From Candidatus Bathyarchaeia archaeon (GTDB taxonomy: Archaea > Thermoproteota > Bathyarchaeia > Bathyarchaeales > Bathycorpusculaceae): a DNA stretch of 64,000 nucleotides. Location of the stretch: positions 160,001 through 224,000 of the forward strand of contig JBEKXL010000001.1 of NCBI GenBank assembly GCA_049512075.1. Direction: 5' to 3'. Position numbers and translations under genes: made by a program. The first letter of the stretch is position 1; every line of letters begins with the position of its first letter. Positions 1 to 9,904 of the stretch are shown in pieces. The notes beneath the pieces were generated by a model. That model saw only the letters and a program-made list of their open reading frames with translations. It did not search any database and was not told the DNA's origin.

Positions 1-2
1 TG

Positions 3-515
3 CTTAAACATCCCGCAGCCTCAAGAAAACTTCGATCAGCGAATATCCTGAGAACCATATTCCACCCGATAACGCTTGGAGGCCCAACCGCACAGGCATG
101 TTCAAACGGGTTCCTAGCCGTGGGCGATGCTGCCTCACAAGTGAAGCCTACCACAGGAGGCGGCGTGATCTTCGGCATGACCTGCGCGCAAGTAGCGGCT
201 GAAGTGGCCTCTGAAGCCCTCGACAAGAACGACTTCTCCAAAGAGTTTCTAGACAGGTACCAGAACAGATGCAAAGAAGTCCTCGGTTTCGACATGAGAA
301 TCATGCTTAGAATGAGAAAAACGCTCGACGCATTGTCTGACGAGAGAATTGACGAGGCGATCGCCTTGTGCGCAAGACTCAGCTTGGACAAAACCCTGCA
401 GAACGTCAAAGACATAGACTTTCAGGGAAAAACCCTTCTACACGTCCTGCGAAGCCCCCGCATGCTGACAGCTCTCGCCTACTTCTTTTTCGCTTACCTA
501 TCTGCGAACCTTTAA
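3..515 (+). CDS. Geranylgeranyl reductase-family FAD oxidoreductase (5' partial)
   Basis: Frame is open from the window edge; LAVGDAASQVKPTTGGGV is the C-terminal FAD motif of the GGR family. Confidence 0.8.
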   Translation, partial: LKHPAASRKLRSANILRTIFHPITLGGPTAQACSNGFLAVGDAASQVKPTTGGGVIFGMTCAQVAAEVASEALDKNDFSKEFLDRYQNRCKEVLGFDMRIMLRMRKTLDALSDERIDEAIALCARLSLDKTLQNVKDIDFQGKTLLHVLRSPRMLTALAYFFFAYLSANL

Positions 516-558
516 AATCCCACGAGGATAAACAAGTACGGAAGGACGAGGCGAACCC

Positions 559-921
559 ATGTACGAGTTTCGTTACAAACAAGTCATAGTCTTCCGTTCA
601 AATCTGAGGTTGAGCAAAGGCAAGACGGCAGCGCAAGCTGGACACGCCGCAGTTTCAGCGGCAGAAGAAGCGCGCAAGCACCACAGAGAATGGTTTGAAG
701 GCTGGTCCAAGGAGGGCCAGTGCAAAATCGCCGTCAAAGTGAAAAACGAAGAAGAACTGTCAGAACTGGAAGAAAGAGCCAGAGAAATGGGTTTGCCGCA
801 CGCACTCGTCATCGACAGAGGCCTCACAGAAGTTCCAGCTGGAACAGTGACATGCCTGGGAATCGGCCCTGCCCCAGTAGAAAAAGTTGACAAGATTACC
901 CGCAGCCTCCCACTCCTGTAA
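559..921 (+). CDS. pth2: Peptidyl-tRNA hydrolase Pth2
   Basis: KQVIVFRSNLRLSKGKTAAQAGHAAV and DRGLTEV..GTVTCLGIGP motifs. Confidence 0.95.
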   Translation: MYEFRYKQVIVFRSNLRLSKGKTAAQAGHAAVSAAEEARKHHREWFEGWSKEGQCKIAVKVKNEEELSELEERAREMGLPHALVIDRGLTEVPAGTVTCLGIGPAPVEKVDKITRSLPLL

Positions 922-925
922 ACGG

Positions 926-2320
926 GTGCCAACCTTGCAGCCTCCAAAACTTGAAAAGCAAGTAGGCATCGAAGTCTATGCTACCCGTTCAACAGGCATC
1001 GGCGGAACCATCCGCAAGAACGTTGAAGACTTTAACGTCGAGGAACTGCTAGTAGACGGCTCAAAAGCCCAGACAGAAACTTTAGAAAGCTGCACCGACC
1101 ACCACGTGCTGGGCTGTTCAACGGCCAAGAACCGTTACCTGTTATGCACCATGGTCAAACGGAACTGGGACACATTTGTAGCTGTCAAAAACATCGCCAA
1201 CCAGCTTGGTATAGGCTCAGAGCAAATTCAAATTGCAGGAATAAAAGACGCAAAGGCCCTAACCGCGCAACACATCACAATCGAAGACGCATCACCCGAA
1301 CAAGTGCAGAAAGCCCATGTTAAAGACATAGAAATCCGCCCACTGGGCTATTTGCACAACAAACTGTCGACATACTACCTCTTGGGCAACAGGTTCCACA
1401 TACGTATCAAAGCCGTGAACCACTCAAAACCCGTAATCAAGAAGAGAATTACGAAAACGGTTGAAGAACTCAAAGCAATCGGCGGGATTCCAAACTTCTT
1501 CGGGCACCAACGTTTCGGAACAATCCGCCCAATAACACACCTGGTCGGAAAAGCCATCATCAAAAAGGACCTGGAAAAGGCTGCAATGCTGTTCCTAGCC
1601 AGACCAAGCCCTTACGAGCACCCCTCATCACGACAGGCTCGCCAAGAATTGCAAGCAACGCAGGATTTCGAAAAAGCTATGAAAGAGTTCCCCAGTCAAC
1701 TACGCTACGAAAGATCAATGCTGAAACACTTGGTCAAACGCCCAGACGATTTTGCTGGCTCTTTCAGAACACTGCCCTTCAAACTGCAGGAACTGTTCAT
1801 CCAGGCCTACGAATCCTACTTGTTCAACAGGTTCCTAAGCAGAAGAATTACACAAGGGCTGCCGCTAAACATGGTTGAAGTCGGAGACTGGGTTGTAGCC
1901 ATAGAACACTCAGGACTACCCAGCCCTACCATATTCAAAACAGTCAACCTGGAAAAACGGTCGGAAATTAACAATTCGATGCGACATGGGAAGCTGAGAC
2001 TGGCAATTCCACTGGTTGGATTCAAACAGCATCCTTCACAAGGAGTTCAAGGAGAAATCGAAAAACGAATCCTAGAAGAGGAAGACGTTTCTCCCAGCGA
2101 ATTCCGCATACTCACGATGCCTGAAGTGAGCACCAAAGGAAGACTCCGAGCCGCCACGACTCCGATCAACAATTTCTCGACGGACGAGATCTCACCTGAC
2201 GCAAACAGACCACGTGGATTCGATATCGGAGTAACGTTCATGCTGTATCGCGGCTCGTACGCAACGATACTGCTGAGGGAAATCATGAAACCAAGAAACA
2301 TAATAAAAGAAGGATTCTGA
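926..2320 (+). CDS. truD: tRNA pseudouridine(13) synthase TruD
   Basis: EDFNVEE, AGIKDAKALTAQ, PNFFGHQRFG and GSYATILLREIMK motifs; start placed at GTG 926, just after the pth2 stop. Confidence 0.93.
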   Translation: MPTLQPPKLEKQVGIEVYATRSTGIGGTIRKNVEDFNVEELLVDGSKAQTETLESCTDHHVLGCSTAKNRYLLCTMVKRNWDTFVAVKNIANQLGIGSEQIQIAGIKDAKALTAQHITIEDASPEQVQKAHVKDIEIRPLGYLHNKLSTYYLLGNRFHIRIKAVNHSKPVIKKRITKTVEELKAIGGIPNFFGHQRFGTIRPITHLVGKAIIKKDLEKAAMLFLARPSPYEHPSSRQARQELQATQDFEKAMKEFPSQLRYERSMLKHLVKRPDDFAGSFRTLPFKLQELFIQAYESYLFNRFLSRRITQGLPLNMVEVGDWVVAIEHSGLPSPTIFKTVNLEKRSEINNSMRHGKLRLAIPLVGFKQHPSQGVQGEIEKRILEEEDVSPSEFRILTMPEVSTKGRLRAATTPINNFSTDEISPDANRPRGFDIGVTFMLYRGSYATILLREIMKPRNIIKEGF

Positions 2321-2534
2321 GGACTTACACCTTCTTCAACGCGCGCCTCTGAAATCTCGCTCGCAAAACGGTCACTTACATTTTTCCCTAAAAAACAAGC
2401 GACTCTCTACAAGCGGAGCACACGTAAGTTCCACAATCGTGGTCTGCATGTCCTGTCCGTGAAAGGAATTGACCACCAATATTCTAAAGCTTTATCGCTT
2501 AGCGACTCGTGAATAGTGGGCAAGATGACATGCC

Positions 2535-3542
2535 ATGGAAGCAGCTGAAGCCGCAAGAAATGCCCTTGAGTGTGTTCTAGAAGCAAAGAAGGGCGAAACC
2601 ATCATGATATTTTGTGACGATGAAAAGACGGATGTCTGCGAACCGTTTTCCATAGGCGCCCTGAGTCTCGGCCTGAAGACACGCTTGATCAAGCTGAAGA
2701 CCGAACCGACCTTACGGAAAGATATTCCTCTAGAGATCAAAGAAATCTTCACAAAACAAAGAACAGACATCTTCGTCAACCTGCTGCGCGGAAACCGAGA
2801 AGAAACAACTTTCAGGATAAAGCTCACCGAATTGGAAACCGAAGACCGCAAAGCACGCCTTGCCCACTGCCCAGGCATCACGCTGGACATGCTCACCGAC
2901 GGCGCCCTAGCTCTCACCATCAAAGATCACAGAGAAATGCAAGACTTCGCGAACAGTCTGATCCAACGGCTAGGACAAGCATCCCGTGTGGAAATAACAA
3001 ACTCGGCAGGCACGAACATTTCGATGAGCGTTGAAAGAAGACCCTTCTTCACGGACACTATGATAGATTGGAACAGATTAAGTTGGATGAACATGCCGAC
3101 TGGAGAGGTCACGGTCGCACCTGTAGAAGACTCGCTTGAGGGCGAACTGATCTGCGACATGGCGATAGGCGGAATAGGCCCAATAAAAGCGGCTGTAGGG
3201 ATCACAGCAAAGGGTGGGAAGGTGCAGAAAACCGAGTCCCAGGACGACCGAGTGCTGAGAAGTGTTGAAGAATCGTTAAAGACCGACAGCCGAGCAAAAA
3301 TTGTGGGCGAATTTGCTTTCGGAATAAACCCAAAAGCAAGATTTGTTGAAGAGTTTCTCGAGGCTGAAAAAATCCTTGGCACGGTGCACGTAGCCTTTGG
3401 CAACAATTCGGATATGCCTGGTGGAAGGAACCCGTCAAGCAACCATATGGACTTCCTCATATCAAAGCCTACGGTCAAAATCGTTAATTCGGACAACTCC
3501 GCTTTTGATGTACTTGTAAACGGAGTATTCAAGAGCCTGTAG
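2535..3542 (+). CDS. M29-family (thermophilic) aminopeptidase
   Basis: NMPTGEV, GEFAFGINP, EAEKILGTVHVAFG and SNHMD motifs. Confidence 0.85.
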   Translation: MEAAEAARNALECVLEAKKGETIMIFCDDEKTDVCEPFSIGALSLGLKTRLIKLKTEPTLRKDIPLEIKEIFTKQRTDIFVNLLRGNREETTFRIKLTELETEDRKARLAHCPGITLDMLTDGALALTIKDHREMQDFANSLIQRLGQASRVEITNSAGTNISMSVERRPFFTDTMIDWNRLSWMNMPTGEVTVAPVEDSLEGELICDMAIGGIGPIKAAVGITAKGGKVQKTESQDDRVLRSVEESLKTDSRAKIVGEFAFGINPKARFVEEFLEAEKILGTVHVAFGNNSDMPGGRNPSSNHMDFLISKPTVKIVNSDNSAFDVLVNGVFKSL

Positions 3543-3607
3543 CGTGTGTGCGCAGTTGAAACGTTTAAGTGCAAAGAGCAAATTCTATGAGTGGAAGGCT
3601 GGAGCGC

Positions 3608-3871
3608 ATGTCTGATAAAACGGAAGAGAAACTGCCGATATCCGAATTCTACAAAGTCGTCGATTCCGTGACGATTTTCAAGAATAAGAACTGGTGGGAA
3701 GCCATAGTTGTCTTTGAATCATACGGAAAAAGGTCAATCGGCATGTACCTTTGGCAAAAAAGGGAAGACATCTGGAAGAGAAAACACAAATTCAACGTCA
3801 GAAATCTGGAAGAATGGAACAAACTCAAGAACGCCGTAGAACAGCTCACACCTAAACTTGCGCCAAAATAG
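3608..3871 (+). CDS. Small basic, aromatic-rich hypothetical protein
   Basis: Clean ORF following the aminopeptidase; likely start MSDK; beta-strand-like segments then a C-terminal helix. Confidence 0.7.
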   Translation: MSDKTEEKLPISEFYKVVDSVTIFKNKNWWEAIVVFESYGKRSIGMYLWQKREDIWKRKHKFNVRNLEEWNKLKNAVEQLTPKLAPK

Positions 3872-3943
3872 CCCATTTTTGAAATTCATCATTTTAATCC
3901 TTATTCTAGATTAAGATCTGAAATTGAATAGTCTTATTACCAT

Positions 3944-4390
3944 ATGCTGGGCAACAAAAACAGGGCGAATAGCATGAGCGCGTCAGAGCAAGAAACACAA
4001 CAGATTTCAGAAGATTGGGAGGTGGGCGAAGAGAGCCAGCAGCAAGAGCAAGAAATCGGCCAGCAAACTGAGAATGAAGAGAACGAGACACCGGCTGAAG
4101 CGGTGCACCTAAAGCAAAAAAGGAATGAACGAAAGCGTAGATCGACCCTGCAACTGGAACGCAGCAGTTTTGTCCATGGGCTTGCCACCGGTCTCGGCAT
4201 CGGATGCATAGCAGCATTCGTCATGTTGTGGCTGACAGTGTTCTTCACCCCGCAATTACCATCAGGAATTACCTACGAAGTCATGCTGTCAACGTTCATT
4301 TATCCTATAATCTATCTTTTCGCACTCGGTTTAATCGCATTAACAGTAGGGATCGTTGGGGAACACTACGCTGTGAAAAGCCGAGTCTGA
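3944..4390 (+). CDS. Membrane protein with acidic N-terminal tail and two C-terminal TM helices
   Basis: E/Q-rich N-terminus, two hydrophobic segments. Confidence 0.65.
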   Translation: MLGNKNRANSMSASEQETQQISEDWEVGEESQQQEQEIGQQTENEENETPAEAVHLKQKRNERKRRSTLQLERSSFVHGLATGLGIGCIAAFVMLWLTVFFTPQLPSGITYEVMLSTFIYPIIYLFALGLIALTVGIVGEHYAVKSRV

Positions 4391-4475
4391 ACACGAAACA
4401 CGGCGCGGGGTAAGGCCGAGAATTGTGCACGGGCAGCGTGGATCATTCCAGATAAAAAGTGAGACAGGCTACTCT

Positions 4476-5237
4476 TCAGAAGGTGTATTTGTCACCTTCA
4501 GATAAAATGCGCTCCAAAGCTGCATTGAAGTTTATGATCCCCTCGCTTGTCTTGGCTGAAATGGGAGTCAACGGAAATCTCAAGCCCAGCTTGTAAATCG
4601 CCTGCATCACGTTTCTGCTCAGCAAGCGTTTCGTCCCATCGAGTTTTTCATCGATTGCAGAAGTCAAGGCGTTGGGATTTGATGACCAATCCACAACCCT
4701 GTCAACTTCTTGTTTGGGAAGCAAATCACACTTCGACAATAGATGCATTTGAGGTAGGAGAAAGCGGTTGCAGACCGCTGCTGAGAGAAAAAGGTTTGAA
4801 ACACAGTTGAGCGGATTGACCGAAAAGACGGCGTCAAACAGGTAAACTATGGCTTTGGGCTCCTTGGTGAGTTCGCTGGCGATGTACGGTCCGCTGGCCC
4901 TGAACGCAAACAATTCCATCTGCCCCGAGGTATCCACCAAAACTATGTCAGACTGTAACTCCTCAATTTCTTTTGAAATGTTCTCCACTTGATCCGCAAC
5001 CAAGTCTGCAGCCATTACCAAAGCCCCGTTTGGTCCTAAACCGTACTCTTCCATCAAATTGCTAACGTCAACGTAGTCACGAACATCCACTTCCGGCGAG
5101 TACGGAAGCGTTAACACTCCTGGATCTAGATTAACGGTCACAACGTCCTGTTTGGACATTTTCAACCATTCCTCAAAAGCCGCCGTGAGTTGAGACTTGC
5201 CAGATCCGGCAGTTCCTATTATGAAAACAACAAACAT
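4476..5237 (-). CDS. GPN-loop GTPase
   Basis: GTAGSGKS, NLDPG, LGPNGA, DTSGQMELF and SKCD motifs. Confidence 0.92.
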   Translation of the reverse strand: MFVVFIIGTAGSGKSQLTAAFEEWLKMSKQDVVTVNLDPGVLTLPYSPEVDVRDYVDVSNLMEEYGLGPNGALVMAADLVADQVENISKEIEELQSDIVLVDTSGQMELFAFRASGPYIASELTKEPKAIVYLFDAVFSVNPLNCVSNLFLSAAVCNRFLLPQMHLLSKCDLLPKQEVDRVVDWSSNPNALTSAIDEKLDGTKRLLSRNVMQAIYKLGLRFPLTPISAKTSEGIINFNAALERILSEGDKYTF

Positions 5238-5317
5238 ACCCTAACAACAACCCCTGTCTAAGTATGAAACGCCGCGCATGATATCAAAACTTCACTCTCG
5301 GGTTAAAGCTTTTCTTG

Positions 5318-6460
5318 TTAAGAAGGAATCTCAGGCGGCGGCGGTTCGGAAATCTCTGAGCCATTATGCCTTGACATCAAAAACACAACTGTGCCGACGC
5401 TGACTAAGACCACAGTCAAACCCAGCAGTGCAATGAAAAACCACGGCAAAACCGTCACCGTCCTAGTCGGACTGTCTGCAGAAGCATAATCTCCATTTCC
5501 AGACCAGCTCGCTCGAAGATAACATATGCCCGAAACGTCTGCACGCCACACATATGCGAAACGCCCGCTAGAGTCTGTAGAGACCGTGCACAATTCCGAC
5601 CAAGATAAACCGTTTGCTTTGATGTAGATTGTAATTGTATTGTTTTGTAGATGTGGTGAAAGCGTTCCTGTAAGTGTGACTGCGGTTGCTTGAATAAGAA
5701 ACGTTGATGAGACATCCAGCGAAGCTGTCGAAATTGCCAAGGCTTTGTAGCTTGCGGAAACCTGTCCTGGAGCGGATTGTTCACAGTTTTCAAGGGTGAA
5801 GGCTTGAAGTGTTGCATTCTGCAGATCATCCGGACATTCGCCTACTCTCCATCCTTCCTGCCAGTCGCCTCCTGTACATTCGGCCATGTAGTATTTCGTA
5901 CCGTCATGCAGGACGTAATTAATATCCCCCCTTGCATACTGCGGCGAATGTGAAAGGCTCACGCCGATGTTCATATGGTCCGCACTTTCATAGTAAAAAA
6001 GCGCTACGTTCAGCCCGCCGGCTTTCATGATCGACGCTGCAATGTATGAGAAAAGGGCGCAATCTCCTTTGTTTGCCACGATTGTCTCAACAGGATACTT
6101 CGAAGGTGTGGTCTCTTCATAGGGTATCTGGTGCACGATCATTAAGACGCCATTTGCAAAATCCTCATTGTCAGAGTATATTCCACGCAGACAATCAGCG
6201 ATCGGTTTCAAAGCATAGGGCGTAACGAACGTGGCAAAATCACTGGTTGAGATTAGCATATGACCCTTTTCAGCATAGTATTCCAAAAGCGACTCTGAAA
6301 CTGCAACATTTAGACTATAGTGTATAGACCCGCTTGGATGATCTAGAAGCTCGTAGGAGAAGACAGAATTCGCGGACAGAACGCTTGGAGGCAAACACGA
6401 AAGCACAACGAAAACAATCAGCACAACAAACGCTAATTCAGACTTGGTCTTCATCTTCAT
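5318..6460 (-). CDS. Secreted, membrane-anchored transglutaminase-like protein with Ig-like domain
   Basis: Signal peptide; YPVETIV..KGDC, HMNIGV and AECTG (Cys-His-acid triad-like); Ig-like C-terminal domain, TM helix, PPPP tail. Confidence 0.7.
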   Translation of the reverse strand: MKMKTKSELAFVVLIVFVVLSCLPPSVLSANSVFSYELLDHPSGSIHYSLNVAVSESLLEYYAEKGHMLISTSDFATFVTPYALKPIADCLRGIYSDNEDFANGVLMIVHQIPYEETTPSKYPVETIVANKGDCALFSYIAASIMKAGGLNVALFYYESADHMNIGVSLSHSPQYARGDINYVLHDGTKYYMAECTGGDWQEGWRVGECPDDLQNATLQAFTLENCEQSAPGQVSASYKALAISTASLDVSSTFLIQATAVTLTGTLSPHLQNNTITIYIKANGLSWSELCTVSTDSSGRFAYVWRADVSGICYLRASWSGNGDYASADSPTRTVTVLPWFFIALLGLTVVLVSVGTVVFLMSRHNGSEISEPPPPEIPS

Positions 6461-6561
6461 CTGAAAATGTTGTTACACGTCAAACTAATGGCACTTATGA
6501 AGAGCCAATCAATAGCGAAAAAATGGTTTAATCGTTCATGTGGAGGTTCGCGACAGGTTCC

Positions 6562-7347
6562 CTATATTCTTGCAGAAGCCCTCTCTCGACGATCGAACAT
6601 ACATGTATGCGTGTAGCCTACTCTTTTTGCCAGTTTTATTGCTTCCTTGAAGTCCCGTCCAACATCCTCGGGTACATGAGCGTCTGAACCGAACGTTACT
6701 TGAACATTGTGTCTGTGCAGTATCCTCAAGAACTGTTCACTTGGATAGATTTCTTGGCAGGGTCTTCTCAAACCTCTTGTGTTAATCTCTATGCACACGT
6801 TTGATTCTGCTAAAGGCTCAGCGGTTTCCACCAGAATGTGCGAAAAATCGGTTTTCGGTTTTGCCCCGAAGATTTTGATAAGGTCTGGATGCCCCAGAAC
6901 ATCGAAAAGGCGGGAGCTGGCCGCGCTTCTGACAAGGCTGAAGTACTCATCATAGACTTGCCACGTGTCCGTCTTTGAAAACTCGTGCATTTCAGAAGGT
7001 TCATCAAAAATCCAGTTGCCAATTACATGAACGGATCCTATCACGTAATCAAACGGGTACTTTCGGATGAATTCCCTTATCTTGCGGGCGTCATCCGGAA
7101 AAAAATCTATTTCGATGCCCAGCTTGACAGGAACACTTGATCTTTCTTTGCATTCGACAAAATCGTGAACATAAGCCGGCATTTGCTGGGCAAAATTGTC
7201 TGAACGCTCCCTGAGAGGACGCAGCAGAACATGTTCTGAAAAACCTATCTCGTGAATTCCTCTCTTCTTTGCTACCCGGACACAATCTGCCATGCTTCCC
7301 TCAGCGTCAGGAGAAGCTCGCGTGTGAATGTGATAATCCGCAATCAT
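6562..7347 (-). CDS. Histidinol-phosphatase HisJ-family PHP hydrolase
   Basis: DYHIHT, GFSEH, GIEID, GSVH, GHPD, EINT and GSDAH motifs; start at MIADYH. Confidence 0.88.
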   Translation of the reverse strand: MIADYHIHTRASPDAEGSMADCVRVAKKRGIHEIGFSEHVLLRPLRERSDNFAQQMPAYVHDFVECKERSSVPVKLGIEIDFFPDDARKIREFIRKYPFDYVIGSVHVIGNWIFDEPSEMHEFSKTDTWQVYDEYFSLVRSAASSRLFDVLGHPDLIKIFGAKPKTDFSHILVETAEPLAESNVCIEINTRGLRRPCQEIYPSEQFLRILHRHNVQVTFGSDAHVPEDVGRDFKEAIKLAKRVGYTHTCMFDRRERASARI

Positions 7348-7391
7348 CCTACTACACCAGTCCCTAACCTGTGAAGAGAATGCTAGAAACT

Positions 7392-8270
7392 TCACTTTCT
7401 GATTTTTCCGCCGTTCTTCTGCACTAGTTCAGATAGTTCAGATACCGACGTATCCAAACGGTTTCTAGCAGTTTTGGGATCATCGGCAGTTGTTGAAAAG
7501 TGAAGTTCAATGTGCGATTTTTCCCCCTCAACCTGAACGATAGATTTCGTGTAGACGTGCGATTTCACGTAAACGTAAGGGTTGTTATGCATGACATTGT
7601 CAATCAATGGTGCCAGGTTTGATTCCATTATGCCTTCTGCATAAATGCTCGTCTCAAAGAAAGCAGATTTTCCAGCCTTTTTCTTGATGATTTCTGCTAT
7701 AGACTCGTTGAAAATGGCTTCCATTTCGGGAGGGACGCCTGGCAATGCAATTATGAACGTTCCTTCCACCATAGCCATCACACCTGGAGCGGTGCCAACA
7801 GGATTAGGTAGTGGCTGCGTGTCTTTCGGTAAGGTTGCCATTTTGACCCTTGGCGGCGTTAGTTCGACCCTCTCGGTTTTCCCCTGCTTCTTGAGGTAAG
7901 CAACATATTTTTCTCTTACCATTTCCAAAGCTTTTCCATTGACTTCGAGACTGCAATTTAGACCCTTGGCGATTCCTTCAAGTGTTTTATCGTCAAAAGT
8001 CGGCCCCAACCCTCCTGTCGTTATTATGAAACCGGGTTTTCGACGCAGCGTTTCTTGCAGAGTTTCTGCAATTTCGTCCACGTCATCGCCTATAACCACT
8101 ATTCTCTTGACCATCAGCCCCAGAGAGGTGACGCGTCTGGCTAGCCAAGTAGCGTTCGTATTCAAAGTTTTTCCAATCAGCAATTCATTGCCCACACAGA
8201 TTATTTCCAAAGAGTTCACCTTTGTTTCTAGTTCACTGGCTGGTGGAATATAACTGTCGCTCAGAGGCAA
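7392..8270 (-). CDS. CinA-like molybdopterin-binding-domain protein
   Basis: VGNELLIG..LNTN, TTGGLGPTFDD, NPVGTAPG and LPGVP.EM motifs; true start may be slightly downstream. Confidence 0.85.
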   Translation of the reverse strand: MPLSDSYIPPASELETKVNSLEIICVGNELLIGKTLNTNATWLARRVTSLGLMVKRIVVIGDDVDEIAETLQETLRRKPGFIITTGGLGPTFDDKTLEGIAKGLNCSLEVNGKALEMVREKYVAYLKKQGKTERVELTPPRVKMATLPKDTQPLPNPVGTAPGVMAMVEGTFIIALPGVPPEMEAIFNESIAEIIKKKAGKSAFFETSIYAEGIMESNLAPLIDNVMHNNPYVYVKSHVYTKSIVQVEGEKSHIELHFSTTADDPKTARNRLDTSVSELSELVQKNGGKIRK

Positions 8271-8503
8271 ATCTGCGTTTTTTTCATGCAGCTATTCTCC
8301 ATTTCTTGGTTATCAAGAAATCGTTTTGAAGGTAAAGAATTGGGAGACAACAGACGTAAAACTTGTGACAAGAACAAGTTCCCTAATGGACATTGAGGGT
8401 TGAGCAGAAGGATATCTACAAACCTCAAAAGATTATTAGAAATGAACGATTTCCGGGCATCATGTTGTTTGCTGATTTTCGGTTTCGAAAGCTGCGTCAG
8501 GGT

Positions 8504-8710
8504 TTATTGTTTCTTGCTTAGATACCATTTAAGGTATTCTTTTTTCTTCCTTTCCCGTTCTTCTTCCTTCGATTCCAAGTTGGGTTTCAGTTTGTCCCTT
8601 AGTTCCATCAGTTCCTGCTGGGTCACAGACAGTCCGCAGCTCTTGCACACGTAGTGTTTGGTGGCTATCATGTACTGCATTTCGCCACCACATTCCGGAC
8701 AGTAGGGCAT
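8504..8710 (-). CDS. Small zinc-ribbon protein
   Basis: CPECGG...CKSCG plus a charged C-terminal helix. Confidence 0.8.
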   Translation of the reverse strand: MPYCPECGGEMQYMIATKHYVCKSCGLSVTQQELMELRDKLKPNLESKEEERERKKKEYLKWYLSKKQ

Positions 8711-8779
8711 TCTTGTTCACTTTTCTGTCTCATGAAGTGAGAATGGTTTGAGAAATAGCTTTCGCTGTGGCTGACAGGT

Positions 8780-9871
8780 TTAGGTAATGAGATTTGATAG
8801 ATTCGCTTCCCTAGCCAAACGAATTGCTCTGTGCATTTCATCACGTGTTAGCCTTCTGCTTAATTCGGGAACCTCAAACGACTTCCACCCGGGTCTATAT
8901 TGAAACATGAGGTTCACCCTTGTTTCGGCCCCCAAGTTTTTGGCAATCCAGTCAACGATTGGTTTTGTACAGCACTCTAAATGGTTCGGCAGAACAAGGA
9001 TCCTTATTATGAGTTCTCCATGTTTCTTAGCTTCCAAGTGATTATACACGCAGGTTTCCCAGTAGTTTGGAGCGTCGGAGATTTCTTTTGCGCATCGGCC
9101 GGGTCCGTACTTGAAATCTAGCAGGTAAACGTCTGCGAAGCCGGCCAAGAGCGCTGCACTCTCTGAGTTGTAGTAGCTGTTTGAGTTCCAAACGACAGGA
9201 ACACTCGTTTCAGCATGCTTGAACGTTTTGAGCCACTGCGGAAGCCACGGAGTAGGCTCTCCTCCCACGAGATTCACATTTCTGCAACCGCCAAGACGCA
9301 ACCGTTGAACCTTGCGAGCCAGATCTACTGGGTCGTACACTTGGCCATGTTCCATCCATTGAGATATGGTCCAGTTTTGACAGTGTTTGCACCGCATCGT
9401 GCAGCCTAGGGTGAAAACTGTTCCGGAAGGCACGAGTTCTGGCTCTTCGCCCATGTGTTCAAAAATGCTCGAGACGGTCATTTCCAGACCGCACCCACAG
9501 TAGCCTGACTTTCCCTCCAACCTGTTGACACTACATTTGCGGACGCAAAGATGACAAGAGGATAGGGTCCTATTTGCAATTTCGATTTTCAAGTCCAAGT
9601 AAGATTTCTCTGAAGTGGGCATTGCCCGAAAGTCTCTTCGTCCTTCGTCGATTTCTCTCTGAATTCTGTTGAATTCTTCTGTAAGTGCCGCGTGTTCTCG
9701 CCAAAGCTGCCTAGTGGAAGCGTTTCTGTGGAATTCTGTTGGAATCTTCTTAGCTATCAGAAATTTTGCTGGTGATTGGTTCTGCATGACGGCAAAGTAT
9801 CGGGCTAGACTCTTCTTGGCTAATCTATCGTTTAGTACGGCAATCGCATCTGGGCGTTGGAACATCCACAT
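8780..9871 (-). CDS. PflX-like radical SAM protein
   Basis: CHLCVRKC.VNR..G.CG, HMGEEPEL.PSGTVF and CTMRCKHCQN motifs. Confidence 0.88.
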   Translation of the reverse strand: MWMFQRPDAIAVLNDRLAKKSLARYFAVMQNQSPAKFLIAKKIPTEFHRNASTRQLWREHAALTEEFNRIQREIDEGRRDFRAMPTSEKSYLDLKIEIANRTLSSCHLCVRKCSVNRLEGKSGYCGCGLEMTVSSIFEHMGEEPELVPSGTVFTLGCTMRCKHCQNWTISQWMEHGQVYDPVDLARKVQRLRLGGCRNVNLVGGEPTPWLPQWLKTFKHAETSVPVVWNSNSYYNSESAALLAGFADVYLLDFKYGPGRCAKEISDAPNYWETCVYNHLEAKKHGELIIRILVLPNHLECCTKPIVDWIAKNLGAETRVNLMFQYRPGWKSFEVPELSRRLTRDEMHRAIRLAREANLSNLIT

Positions 9872-9904
9872 CTTTGCTCAATTTCGCTTGAGGTTATCGA
9901 GTTA

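Noticed and set aside
2492-3574. Long antisense ORFs (2492-2923, 2927-3574; likewise 51475-52032 and others)
   Set aside because: They are shadows of well-supported genes on the opposite strand.
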